From: Enterobacter phage E-2
Sequence record: KP791805.1
Direction: 5' to 3' (one strand)
DNA length: 36,051 nucleotides
This document shows positions 10,767-18,703 of the stretch, in pieces. The notes beneath the pieces were generated by a model. It did no database searches. It was not told the DNA's origin and was given only the letters and a program-made list of their open reading frames with translations. The translations under genes were made by a program, and so were the position numbers. Position 1 is the first letter of the stretch. The number at the start of each line of letters is the position of its first letter.

Positions 10767-11222
10767 TCACCCTCGGTCAGATGTAACCAGTTCGTTCTTC
10801 TCCCACCAGCGCTTCAAGTCGAAGGACGGGCAGGCTTTAGGTGCAACGTCATGGTGAGCACGAAGGATTGAGCCCTCATACTTCGCCAGCAGCGTGACCA
10901 GCAGACTACGCAGCGCTTGCATTTGCGCGGGTGTAAAGTTGGCGTCGAACTTGCCTTTATCATCAATACCACCCACTAGGCATACGCCTACGGAGTTGTG
11001 GTTGTAACCTTTCACGTGGGAACCTACAGCCAGTTCATCGCGGCCTGCTTCCACAGTGCCATCACGCTTGATGATGAAGTGATATCCTACGTCTAACCAG
11101 CCCTGCTCTTTGTGCCACTGACGAATCTCACGAACGCCAATGTTCTGGCTTGGCTTGGTTGCTGAGCAATGCACAAAGATTGCCTCCGTGGTTGCTCGTG
11201 GTTTGAATTGAACTTTAGCCAT
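10767..11222 (-). CDS. gp3.5: N-acetylmuramoyl-L-alanine amidase / T7-lysozyme homolog gp3.5 (also an RNAP inhibitor in T7)
   Basis: 151 aa, the same length as T7 lysozyme. MAKVQFKPRATTEAIFVHCSATKPSQNIGVREIRQWHKEQGWLDVGYHFII... Confidence 0.95.
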   Translation of the reverse strand: MAKVQFKPRATTEAIFVHCSATKPSQNIGVREIRQWHKEQGWLDVGYHFIIKRDGTVEAGRDELAVGSHVKGYNHNSVGVCLVGGIDDKGKFDANFTPAQMQALRSLLVTLLAKYEGSILRAHHDVAPKACPSFDLKRWWEKNELVTSDRG

Positions 11223-11676
11223 TTTTCTTTACTCCTTTCTTAGTCTTAAATTTATCGAACGGAACCTCCTTCTTGGGTTCTTTGAGCCACTCCACCGGAA
11301 TTAGCTTGTCAGCAAACAGAATGCCATGCTTCTCACACCACTCGGCGTAGCTTGTTGGGCTACCTTTGTATAGCTTTGAGCGGCTGCTTGAGAAGACCAA
11401 GCGAATGTCCAGTTCGGGGTGTTGCTCACGAATCAAAAGGTGTTTCTTGCGGTCATCGGAATCCCACAGCCCTTTGGTCTCAATGAAGATGCCATTAGGT
11501 AGCAGGAAGTCTGGAGTGTATAAGTGGTCACTCGCAGGGATGACGTAAGGGATACGCCAAAGTTCATAGTCGAACTTAATTCCCTTACTCTCAAGCTGCT
11601 TTGAGACTTTATCTTCTAGGCCGGAGCGGAAAGCCCCGACCTTGCGTACACCTCGCGCAGCGTATGCGCCAGCCAT
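11215..11676 (-). CDS. gp3: Endonuclease I (Holliday junction resolvase) gp3
   Basis: 153 aa. ...YELWRIPYVIPASDHLYTPDFLLPNGIFIETKGLW... matches T7 endo I. Confidence 0.95.
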   Translation of the reverse strand: MAGAYAARGVRKVGAFRSGLEDKVSKQLESKGIKFDYELWRIPYVIPASDHLYTPDFLLPNGIFIETKGLWDSDDRKKHLLIREQHPELDIRLVFSSSRSKLYKGSPTSYAEWCEKHGILFADKLIPVEWLKEPKKEVPFDKFKTKKGVKKNG

Positions 11677-12374
11677 TAGAAGTCCTCGTCGTCATCCGGG
11701 GTTTCTTCGTGCTCGTCTTCCTGCCACTCCTGCTCATCGCGGGACTGACGGGATTCACTCGCAGTGTAACCACCATCTTCGACTTCATCAGCCCACTCAT
11801 CTTCACCGCCACCGCCGAAGGTAGCCAGTTCGACCAGCATCACGGACTCCAGTTGCAGCTTGACGCTTGCGCCCACAGCGGTGTTCCACTTGTAAGGCAC
11901 CAGAGAGTATTTCACTTTCAGCTTGGAGCCGCCACCGATAATCGGCACTTCCTGAATCTTCTTACCTTTGCTATCGACCACGACCAGATTGATGTGTTTG
12001 GTCTCTTTGGTCTTCTTATCTTGGAAAGACGCATAGCATTTGAACTTGAAGGTAGTAGTACCGTCACCGTTATCGAAGAACGGCATGTCGCCCTCGTAAG
12101 GTTTCAGTGGTTTCTTACCACGCTGTACCTGCGGCGGGTTAGCTTCGAACTCTTCCACGGCAGCAGCATAAGCCTCTTCGTGAGTCTTCACGATTTCATC
12201 GACCATCGCCTGACAGCGCGGGTCTTTATTGGAAAGAGTCAGGTCTACCTTATAGACGCCACGGGGGTTGCCGAAGCCACGCTCTTCGTTGCCATAATCA
12301 GGCTTACTCAGGTAAGCATAAGGCTCAGCAGTGCCAAGACCAGAGGTGTAGATTTTCTTCTTGAAACCAGCCAT
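11676..12374 (-). CDS. gp2.5: ssDNA-binding protein gp2.5
   Basis: 232 aa, the same length as T7 gp2.5, with an acidic C-terminal tail ...DDDEDF. Confidence 0.95.
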   Translation of the reverse strand: MAGFKKKIYTSGLGTAEPYAYLSKPDYGNEERGFGNPRGVYKVDLTLSNKDPRCQAMVDEIVKTHEEAYAAAVEEFEANPPQVQRGKKPLKPYEGDMPFFDNGDGTTTFKFKCYASFQDKKTKETKHINLVVVDSKGKKIQEVPIIGGGSKLKVKYSLVPYKWNTAVGASVKLQLESVMLVELATFGGGGEDEWADEVEDGGYTASESRQSRDEQEWQEDEHEETPDDDEDF

Positions 12375-12406
12375 AATGTTTCTCCTTTGTGGTTAATGAT
12401 TGGGTT

Positions 12407-12429
12407 GTTCCCTTTAGTGAGGGTAATTA
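12407..12429 (-). promoter_or_regulatory. T3-type phage promoter, phi2.5 position
   Basis: gttccctttagtgagggtaatta. Confidence 0.7.
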
Positions 12430-12663
12430 GGCTTTCACTTCTGGACGGATGCGGGTCACTACGAACCCAGCGTCCTCATAATGTTCAGCCTGTAGCGTTG
12501 CCTCTTCGAGAGACCGGGCGAATACCGGAACCTCAAAGGACTCGGTGTTGCCTTCTATCGTCAGAAGGTATTTCTGTTCTGAGTACATGCAGCGATTTGC
12601 ACAGGAGTGGTTCTCCATCCCTACGTCCTTCGCGTACTGGCACCCGTTGTTACACTGGCTCAT
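12427..12663 (-). CDS. gp2: Host RNA polymerase inhibitor gp2. It may start at the first ATG (78 aa, coupled to 1.8 by an ATGA overlap) or at the internal ATG at 12616-12618 (63 aa).
   Basis: The C-terminal ...[35 protein letters not shown] aligns with T7 gp2 ([34 protein letters not shown]). The N-terminal 15 aa ([15 protein letters not shown]) has no T7 counterpart. Confidence 0.8.
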   Translation of the reverse strand: MSQCNNGCQYAKDVGMENHSCANRCMYSEQKYLLTIEGNTESFEVPVFARSLEEATLQAEHYEDAGFVVTRIRPEVKA

Positions 12664-12797
12664 TTATTGGCCTCCTTAAAGCGCCGCTCCCACAGCGCAT
12701 ACAGTTGTTGGTAGGCGTTGGCTGCGGCCTCGTCACCAGCCTCAATAGCTTGGTTCCACTTAGCGGCACACCAATCGCAACATTCACGAAGCGTCAT
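12660..12797 (-). CDS. gp1.8: gp1.8-position small protein (45 aa, CCDWC motif)
   Basis: Internal ATG 12795-12797 is preceded by AAGGGG, giving [45 protein letters not shown]. The longer track ORF (to 12893) would overlap gene 1.7 by 110 nt. Confidence 0.5.
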   Translation of the reverse strand: MTLRECCDWCAAKWNQAIEAGDEAAANAYQQLYALWERRFKEANK

Positions 12798-13263
12798 AGC
12801 ACAGCCCCTTATGTTTGTCAAACAGTTCCTGATAGAAAGCCGCTTTCTTAAGGTCTTTCTCCATTGTTGCCAGTTCGGATTTCTTACCAGCACGCAGACG
12901 GTATTTCAGGATGTTCCCTAAGCAGTACCCACGGAACGCCTCGACGGTCATTGACCGGGCGATAACCTCAATGGCTTCCACATTGTCGAACAGCATGTAG
13001 TGGTTCGGATGGGTCACGTCAGACTTGACTGCTGATTTCGGTGCTTCCACGTTCGGGCCTATTTTAGGTAGCGGGATTAGTACGGATGGATGCACCTCAG
13101 TCTCACGAATACCAAACTGAACCTTCACTCGACCAGTGTGAGAGTAGCCCTGCACTGTTCCGGTCAGACCCTTGAGAACTGGGTTATCGCCCGAATAACG
13201 AACAGCAGAGTTAACCGGGAAGCGAGCCTCTAAGTCTGGTTTGTTCCAATGATGTTGTAGCAT
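12784..13263 (-). CDS. gp1.7: gp1.7 homolog (nucleotide kinase in T7), with a divergent/shorter N-terminal half
   Basis: 159 aa. The C-terminal ...HPNHYMLFDNVEAIEVIARSMTVEAFRGYCLGNILKYRLRAGKKSELATMEKDLKKAAFYQELFDKHK matches the T7 gp1.7 C-terminus. Confidence 0.8.
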   Translation of the reverse strand: MLQHHWNKPDLEARFPVNSAVRYSGDNPVLKGLTGTVQGYSHTGRVKVQFGIRETEVHPSVLIPLPKIGPNVEAPKSAVKSDVTHPNHYMLFDNVEAIEVIARSMTVEAFRGYCLGNILKYRLRAGKKSELATMEKDLKKAAFYQELFDKHKGLCYDAS

Positions 13264-13520
13264 TACAGCACCTCCTTAATCCACTTAACGAACAGACGGA
13301 TGCGAGGCCAGTAAGTGACCACGGCTTCCAGATGTGGGCGCTCTTTGTTCATCGCCTTAATGAACTCTCCACGAGTGATCAGTAGGTGAACACGCGGCGA
13401 CAATGGGACGACCGAGCCAATCAGCGGCAGCTTAGCGTTGCGCTCAGAGGCCACTGCTGTAGAGCGGTCTTCACGGCGAACCGAAAAGATACCATTTGAT
13501 GTGTTGAAGTGTAAACGCAT
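13263..13520 (-). CDS. gp1.6: gp1.6
   Basis: 85-aa ORF in the gene 1.6 slot, of the same size as T7 gp1.6 (88 aa). Confidence 0.75.
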   Translation of the reverse strand: MRLHFNTSNGIFSVRREDRSTAVASERNAKLPLIGSVVPLSPRVHLLITRGEFIKAMNKERPHLEAVVTYWPRIRLFVKWIKEVL

Positions 13521-13532
13521 GATGTTGTCTCC

Positions 13533-13610
13533 TTAACAATCAGGCCAAATGTTGTCGTCGGCAACCATTAATCCCAGCGTTGCGACGATAGCGAATAGGA
13601 TAAGCCACAT
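13533..13610 (-). CDS. Possible gp1.5-like micro-ORF (25 aa, hydrophobic)
   Basis: ATG 13608-13610 is preceded by CAGGAGA. The translation is MWLILFAIVATLGLMVADDNIWPDC. It lies directly downstream of a phage promoter. Speculative. Confidence 0.3.
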   Translation of the reverse strand: MWLILFAIVATLGLMVADDNIWPDC

Positions 13611-13618
13611 GGTGTGTG

Positions 13619-13641
13619 TCTCCTGTTAGTGAGGGTTAATA
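13619..13641 (-). promoter_or_regulatory. T3-type phage promoter (phi1.5/1.6 position), class II variant
   Basis: tctcctgttagtgagggttaata. Confidence 0.7.
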
Positions 13642-13650
13642 CCGCTGAAC

Positions 13651-13679
13651 GAAGAAAGGCCCACCCGTGAAGGTGAGCC
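13651..13679 (-). terminator. Early terminator TE for host RNAP (rho-independent), downstream of the ligase gene
   Basis: On the coding strand: GGCTCACCTTCACGGGTGGGCC followed by TTTCTTCG. This is the GC hairpin plus T-tract that I recall as the T7 TE sequence. Confidence 0.7.
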
Positions 13680-13689
13680 ATTGAGTTGG

Positions 13690-14706
13690 TTACATTTTCT
13701 CTTGAGGGTTGTCCTCAGTGCCTCGGAACTTCTCGAAGCTAGGGTGACGCAGGGAGCCGTCCGGGGTCTCTTCCATATAGTTGACCTGACAGGCCCACCC
13801 GTTGTAGAAGTCTTCACCGTGGGCTTTAACGTTGGCTGTGAACTCGTCCATCAGTGCGCGAGAGATGTTGTTGGCGTCTACTAAACGACCAGTCTCAAGA
13901 AGCACACTAAAGCCTATCACTTTACCCTCGTTGGCTAACCCTTTGGTTCCCCAATTGACACCCTGAATGATACCATCAGCTTCACACTCAGGCTTTAGCT
14001 TCCACCAGCCAGACTTCTTGCCTCGCTTGTAGATGCCTTGCGGGTCTTTCACAATGAGACCCTCGTGACCTTCGGCACGCTTCTCTTCGTACAGTTCAGT
14101 CAGTGAATCCATATCGTAGACCTCGTAGGTCTCAGCGATAAGCCACTCGATTTCCGGGAAGTATTCAACCAGAAGGGAGCGCATGGCTTCCACATGATAT
14201 GGCATCAGGAGGTTCTGCACATCATAGTCCTCGCCAGACTCAGCAATGTGAATCGGCATGACCGCATACAGGCGCACACTCAGGCGCTTAGGGTCTAACT
14301 CAAAGGCTACTTTGGAACCTTTCAGCGGCTCAACACCACCACGGTCAAACATGAAGTTGTTCTTCTTGAGCCACTTGGTACGCAGCAGGCCAGACCCCGT
14401 GTTGAAGTCTACGCCTTTGACCATCAGTTCACCATCCAGCATGAAGCCATCAGGGAAAATGCAGCGGTCATCATTCATCAGTTGTTGCCAGCGCTTATCG
14501 AAACCGTTCAGATGTTCCAGCGCCGGGATGAACTTGGAGACGCGAGACAACCATGCGGCCTCAGCCACGTTGTCAACCACAATGTTTCCACGAACACCGT
14601 CATATTTACAATCCGCTATCAGGTAGCCGGAAGTCTCCAGCGCTTTACGCACGGCAGACTCAACAAAGGATACAGCTTTATATGGCGCGGTCTTGAAAAT
14701 GTTCAT
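13690..14706 (-). CDS. gp1.3: ATP-dependent DNA ligase gp1.3
   Basis: 338 aa. MNIFKTAPYKAVSFVESAVRKALETSGYLIADCKYDGVRGNIVVDN contains the ligase KxDG adenylation motif (CKYDG). Confidence 0.97.
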   Translation of the reverse strand: MNIFKTAPYKAVSFVESAVRKALETSGYLIADCKYDGVRGNIVVDNVAEAAWLSRVSKFIPALEHLNGFDKRWQQLMNDDRCIFPDGFMLDGELMVKGVDFNTGSGLLRTKWLKKNNFMFDRGGVEPLKGSKVAFELDPKRLSVRLYAVMPIHIAESGEDYDVQNLLMPYHVEAMRSLLVEYFPEIEWLIAETYEVYDMDSLTELYEEKRAEGHEGLIVKDPQGIYKRGKKSGWWKLKPECEADGIIQGVNWGTKGLANEGKVIGFSVLLETGRLVDANNISRALMDEFTANVKAHGEDFYNGWACQVNYMEETPDGSLRHPSFEKFRGTEDNPQEKM

Positions 14707-15119
14707 ACGAATCTCCTGTTAATATTTCGCTTAATCTTATGGATGGTTGTTGGGTGGACGCCCCACTCAGCCGCTATCACAGTGGAAGAGCGAGGGTCTT
14801 TGCGGATGCCCTCAATGGCATCGTTCGGAATCTTAATGGCGTGGTGTCTACCCTTTATCGCCATGTCTTTCAGGTTATCGGCCTGCGTTCCCTTGGTCAA
14901 ATGCTCAGGGTTCACACACCACCTGTTGTCGCACGAGTGAAGGACTGTATCTTTATTGTCCAGTTCACCGATAAACAGCTTGTAAGCTGCTCGATGTGCG
15001 TATTGTGTTTTACCTTCGAGGCGAAACTGTCCGTAACCGTTAGGCTGGATTCGACCAGTCCAACGTAGACAGTCACCGCAAGGTTCAGTCTTTGCGTTGA
15101 ACCGTTCGATGTTTCTCAT
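14703..15119 (-). CDS. Free-standing HNH endonuclease (homing-endonuclease-like; HNH_3-type motif plus a C-terminal DNA-binding tail)
   Basis: 138 aa with ...YAHRAAYKLFIGELDNKDTVLHSCDNRWCVNPEHLTKGTQADNL.... The spacing is His-Asn-His-like. There is an ATGA overlap with the ligase start. It has no place in the canonical T7 gene 1.2-1.3 interval. Confidence 0.8.
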   Translation of the reverse strand: MRNIERFNAKTEPCGDCLRWTGRIQPNGYGQFRLEGKTQYAHRAAYKLFIGELDNKDTVLHSCDNRWCVNPEHLTKGTQADNLKDMAIKGRHHAIKIPNDAIEGIRKDPRSSTVIAAEWGVHPTTIHKIKRNINRRFV

Positions 15120-15125
15120 TTCGTT

Positions 15126-15148
15126 TCTCCTGTTAGTGAGGGTTATTA
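15126..15148 (-). promoter_or_regulatory. T3-type phage promoter (phi1.3 position), class II variant
   Basis: tctcctgttagtgagggttatta. Confidence 0.7.
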
Positions 15149-15421
15149 CTTCCAGTGTTTCAAATCGCTGTGAACCTTACGGAGCCATGCAGTCTGCGCG
15201 TTGATTTGCACATCGCTGTCGCTGTGCTCGAAGGTTCTGGATGCAACCAAATGCCCTGAGCGTGTGAACACACGTAGAGCCTCACCGGATGACCTGCACA
15301 TCTTCGCTGGGTTTTCATAGCTGAATGACTCCACCTTCACGGTCACGTCATGGTCTTCCTGTAGACGCGCTACCGCATCTTTGTAATCGTGCAGGTTGCC
15401 GCTATAGATACGTCCCATCAT
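15146..15421 (-). CDS. gp1.2: gp1.2 (dGTPase inhibitor homolog)
   Basis: ...MGRIYSGNLHDY...HSDLKHWK versus T7 gp1.2 MGRLYSGNL...DQLKDWK. Start chosen at ATG 15419-15421, which overlaps the gene 1.1 stop (TAATG). The track ORF starts at an upstream GTG. Confidence 0.8.
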   Translation of the reverse strand: MMGRIYSGNLHDYKDAVARLQEDHDVTVKVESFSYENPAKMCRSSGEALRVFTRSGHLVASRTFEHSDSDVQINAQTAWLRKVHSDLKHWK

Positions 15422-15561
15422 TAGTTCCACTCCCGTTTCTGTGAGTTACCGCGCTGTTGCTTGTGGCGTTTCTTCATGCGGTCACGGCGCTCTTGCCACT
15501 GTTCGCCATGCTCGTTGACCACTGAATCGCGCTTGGTAAATTTCTCAAAGTTGGTACGCAT
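15421..15561 (-). CDS. gp1.1: gp1.1 (46 aa, basic)
   Basis: ATG 15559-15561 is preceded by GAGGT. MRTNFEKFTKRDSVVNEHGEQWQERRDRMKKRHKQQRGNSQKREWN resembles T7 gp1.1. Shorter than 60 aa, so not in the track. Confidence 0.65.
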   Translation of the reverse strand: MRTNFEKFTKRDSVVNEHGEQWQERRDRMKKRHKQQRGNSQKREWN

Positions 15562-15584
15562 AGTATCTTACCTCATGTTGATGT

Positions 15585-15636
15585 GTATTGAAAGTTAATC
15601 ACAAAGGCCACCGTTGTTGATGACCTTAAGTTTAAC
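15585..15636 (-). promoter_or_regulatory. R1.1-like RNase III site (conserved bipartite element)
   Basis: taatcacaaaggccaccg ... gaccttaagtttaactc. Confidence 0.45.
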
Positions 15637-15659
15637 TCTCCCGTTAGTGAGGGTTAACT
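15637..15659 (-). promoter_or_regulatory. T3-type phage promoter, phi1.1 position (class II variant)
   Basis: tctcccgttagtgagggttaact. It overlaps the gene 1.05 stop. Confidence 0.7.
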
Positions 15660-15926
15660 GTATGTCCGTTCGATACGACCACACGTTGAACCTTTAGGGT
15701 AGTAGAAGGATTTCGTTTCGTTGTCCTCAGTGGTCTGGAAGATGACCATCCCGGAGGACGTTGAGTAACATTCCAACTTCGTGACCACCTTGCCGCACGG
15801 CCCTAAGCCTAACTTAAATTCAGTCTTGCGGAGGTCATCACTACCGGGCATCCAAGCGTAGAACTTAACGGAAGTCAAGCGGTTTAACTTAAAGATGTTC
15901 TTAAGGAAAGTCTTAATGTTAATCAT
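15654..15926 (-). CDS. gp1.05: gp1.05-position protein (gene present in T3-like but not in T7)
   Basis: 90-aa ORF between gene 1 and gene 1.1, preceded by its own phage promoter. Called by position only. Confidence 0.6.
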   Translation of the reverse strand: MINIKTFLKNIFKLNRLTSVKFYAWMPGSDDLRKTEFKLGLGPCGKVVTKLECYSTSSGMVIFQTTEDNETKSFYYPKGSTCGRIERTYS

Positions 15927-15978
15927 AAATTTAATCTCTTAGTACCTAAAGTGTCTTAAAGTGGGAGACCTTAAGTAG

Positions 15979-16001
15979 TCTCCCGTTAGTGAGGGTTAAT
16001 G
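15979..16001 (-). promoter_or_regulatory. T3-type phage promoter, phi1.05 position, preceded by a GC hairpin
   Basis: tctcccgttagtgagggttaatg. The hairpin gggagaccttaagtagtctccc lies at 15963-15984. Confidence 0.7.
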
Positions 16002-16012
16002 CTAAGTGCTTG

Positions 16013-18667
16013 TTATGCAAAGGCAAAGTCAGACTTGAGAATGTCTTGCAGGTTCAGGTTCCCTTTCTTCGGAAGCGGAGGCATCTTGTCCAGTTGGGTC
16101 TCGTGCAATTGGTCTGCAAACTGGTCATAGAAGTCTGCCAGCACATCGTTGTTCTCGTAGGTGAGAACCATCGTTTCACGCACAGCCTTAAAGAGCTTAC
16201 CAGCGTCTGCCGGAATAGTCCCAAAGCTGTCATGGATGAGCGCAAAGGACTCAATGCCATACTTCTCGTGAGCATAAACTACTGTCATGCGGAGGTGGCT
16301 ACCGTCCTGTGAGTGGACAAAGTTAGGAGCGATGCCAGACTCCTGCTTGTGTGCGTCAATGCCTGAATCCTTGAGGGTATTAATCGTCGGTTGCAGACGG
16401 AATTGCCCTAAGAAAATCATATCGAGACGCTTCTGGAGTGGCTTGCGGTATTCCTGCCAGACCGGGAAGCCGTCCGGCGTAGTCCAGTGAACCGCGCAAC
16501 GGTGGCGCAGAATCTCCTTGGTCTTCTTGTCCTTGACCTCAGCAGCCAGCAGCTTAGCGGCAGACTTGAGCCAGTTCATCGCCTCAACCGCTGCGACTAC
16601 GGTCACACTCACCGCGTCCCAAATCAGCTTAGCCATATAGCCAGCCGCTTGGTTAGGTTGGGTGAACATCAAGCCCTTACCGCTGTCAATCGCAGGCTGA
16701 ATGGTGTCATCCAGTACCTGTTGACGAAAGCCAAACTCCTTAGAACCGTAAGCCAGCGTCATGACCGAACGTTTAGTTACGCTACGGGTTACACCATATG
16801 CCAGCCACTGTTGCGCCAGCGTTGAGGTTCCCAGCTTGAGCTTCTCTGAGATTTCCCCTGTGTCCTTGTCGGTCACGGTAATCATCTCGTTAGGTGTGCC
16901 GTTGATTGCATCCTGTTTGAGAATCTCGTTTACTTTCTGTGCAACGATGCCGTAAATGTCCTGCACGGTTTCGCTTGGCAGAAGGTTAACCGCACGACCG
17001 CCTACCTCATCGCGTAGCATCGCGGAGAAGTGCTGGATACCAGAGCAAGACCCATCGAACGCCAGCGGCAGAGAGCAATTGTAGCTCAGACCGTGGTGCG
17101 CAACTCCTGCATACTCGAAGCAGAACGCGAGGAAACAGAAAGGTGAATCCTGCTCGGCCCACCAAGTGTTATTGATTGGGTCTTTAGCGCAAGCCAGAAT
17201 GTCGTCTACGTGCTTCTCAATGAACGCGATGCGCTCAGGGAAAGGAACCTTATCGACACCCGCACAGTTCGCACCGTGGATTTTCAGCCAGTAGAACCCT
17301 TCCTCACCGATTGGCTTGCCTTTAGCGAGGGTTAGGAGACCCTTGGTCATGTCGTTGCCTTGCGGGTTGAACATCGGCACAGCGTACACACGACCGCGCC
17401 AGTCCATGTTGTAAGGGAACCAGATTGCTTTCTTGTTTGCGAACTTGTTGGCCTGCTCCAGCATGAACTCTAAGCTGATACGGCGAGACACTCGTGCCTT
17501 GTCCAAGCGGTAGATACCAGCGGCGGCTTTCTTCCACTCCTTGAGTGCTGCCTCGTTGGTGTCAATGTCGTCCGGCTTAGGCGGTAACTCTTGGCGCTCC
17601 AGAGATGGAATGTCTGCGACCGGGCAATTCTTCCAGTTCACAATCTCATTGACAACCGCAAGAACTTTCTTGTTGATTTTCCATGCGGTGTTCTGTGCGA
17701 TGTTGACCGCCTTGTAAACTTCTGGCATGTAAACATCCTCATAGCGCATCAGTCCCTTCTTAGAGTGAGTGCGAACGAGTGCCAAAGGTCTGCGACCGTT
17801 AGCCCAATAGCCGCCACCTGTGATTGATACCCAAGGTTTCGGCGGTACGACACACGGTTGGAACATCGGAGAGATGCCAGCCAGTGCTCCCGCACGCTTC
17901 GCTAACACATCGACGTACTCTTGGGCCAGTTGCAGTGCCTCATGGTCAGAGCCTGCGTTACCTGCGTTGTGGCGCTGTAATTCCACCAGACCCGTGGATT
18001 CAATCAGCATTTCAATCAGGCGAATCCCTACGTGCATCGTGGTTTCCTTGTCCCAGCTAGACCACGCCTCACCTCCCAGCAGCCCGCGACCAATCATGTC
18101 TGCCTCAACCACCTGCATAAAGGCTTTCTTGTAGACTTGCCCGTGGCGCTTGTTGAGTTGTTCCTCAACGTGCTTCTTGAAGTGCTTCGCTTCGAGGTCA
18201 CGGATACGCCCGAAACGTGCCTCATCCTCAATGGCCTTCCCCAGCATACCAGCAGCGGCCTGAATGGTTGTCATGTTCGTGCTGGTCAGTGATGCAAGGA
18301 TAACTTTCAGGGTGATAAACGCGGAGGCCTCCGGCTTGAGTAACTGGAGCGGTGCGTATGCGCTAGGCTTGCGGCCTTTCTTCGATGCGTACTCTTCGAG
18401 CCACTCAACGATGCGTGCGGTTAACTTAGGGAGAAGCGTAGCGAGTAATGGCTTAGCGGCTGCGTTGTCTGCAATCTCACCAGCTTTCGCTTGACGCTCA
18501 AGCATCTTGAGGAAGCGGCGCTCACCTAGCTCATAGGACTCATGCTCTAAGGCCAGTTGTTCACGGGCCAGTGCGCTACCGTAGTGGTCTGCCAGCGTGT
18601 TGAACGGGATAGCAGCCAGTTCGATTTCGGAGAAGTCATTCTTTTCGATGTTTTCGATGATGTTCAT
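16013..18667 (-). CDS. gp1: DNA-directed RNA polymerase gp1 (single-subunit, T3 specificity)
   Basis: 884 aa from ATG 18665-18667 (GAGG SD), giving MNIIENIEKNDFSEIELAAIPFNTLADHYG.... As far as I can recall it is essentially T3 RNAP. The track ORF starts 9 codons upstream, inside the 15-bp repeat, and is not preferred. Confidence 0.97.
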   Translation of the reverse strand: MNIIENIEKNDFSEIELAAIPFNTLADHYGSALAREQLALEHESYELGERRFLKMLERQAKAGEIADNAAAKPLLATLLPKLTARIVEWLEEYASKKGRKPSAYAPLQLLKPEASAFITLKVILASLTSTNMTTIQAAAGMLGKAIEDEARFGRIRDLEAKHFKKHVEEQLNKRHGQVYKKAFMQVVEADMIGRGLLGGEAWSSWDKETTMHVGIRLIEMLIESTGLVELQRHNAGNAGSDHEALQLAQEYVDVLAKRAGALAGISPMFQPCVVPPKPWVSITGGGYWANGRRPLALVRTHSKKGLMRYEDVYMPEVYKAVNIAQNTAWKINKKVLAVVNEIVNWKNCPVADIPSLERQELPPKPDDIDTNEAALKEWKKAAAGIYRLDKARVSRRISLEFMLEQANKFANKKAIWFPYNMDWRGRVYAVPMFNPQGNDMTKGLLTLAKGKPIGEEGFYWLKIHGANCAGVDKVPFPERIAFIEKHVDDILACAKDPINNTWWAEQDSPFCFLAFCFEYAGVAHHGLSYNCSLPLAFDGSCSGIQHFSAMLRDEVGGRAVNLLPSETVQDIYGIVAQKVNEILKQDAINGTPNEMITVTDKDTGEISEKLKLGTSTLAQQWLAYGVTRSVTKRSVMTLAYGSKEFGFRQQVLDDTIQPAIDSGKGLMFTQPNQAAGYMAKLIWDAVSVTVVAAVEAMNWLKSAAKLLAAEVKDKKTKEILRHRCAVHWTTPDGFPVWQEYRKPLQKRLDMIFLGQFRLQPTINTLKDSGIDAHKQESGIAPNFVHSQDGSHLRMTVVYAHEKYGIESFALIHDSFGTIPADAGKLFKAVRETMVLTYENNDVLADFYDQFADQLHETQLDKMPPLPKKGNLNLQDILKSDFAFA

Positions 18668-18673
18668 TGTTTG

Positions 18674-18703
18674 CCTCATTGTGTGTAGCCTCATTGTGTG
18701 TAG
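18674..18703. repeat. Perfect 2x15-bp tandem direct repeat (cctcattgtgtgtag) immediately upstream of and overlapping the gene 1 ribosome-binding site
   Basis: Positions 18674-18688 are identical to 18689-18703. Confidence 0.9.

Noticed and set aside
11601-12851. Long plus-strand ORF (416 aa), plus the many other plus-strand ORFs in the track (for example 297-686, 4565-5296, 14482-14940, 30914-31312).
   Set aside because: All lie antisense to well-supported minus-strand genes (gp2.5, gp3, gp10, gp6, HNH, gp15). They have no SD or promoter, and composition is low-complexity or proline/arginine-rich. Shadow ORFs are typical of a genome transcribed entirely from one strand.
12660-12893. 77-aa form of gp1.8.
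   Set aside because: It would overlap the gene 1.7 C-terminus by 110 nt. The internal ATG with AAGGGG gives a 45-aa product matching the size of T7 gp1.8 (48 aa).
16013-18694. Track start for gene 1 (893 aa, MRLHTMRQT-MNII...).
   Set aside because: The extra 9 codons lie inside the 15-bp tandem repeat and lack an SD. MNIIENIEK is the canonical RNAP N-terminus and is preceded by GAGG.
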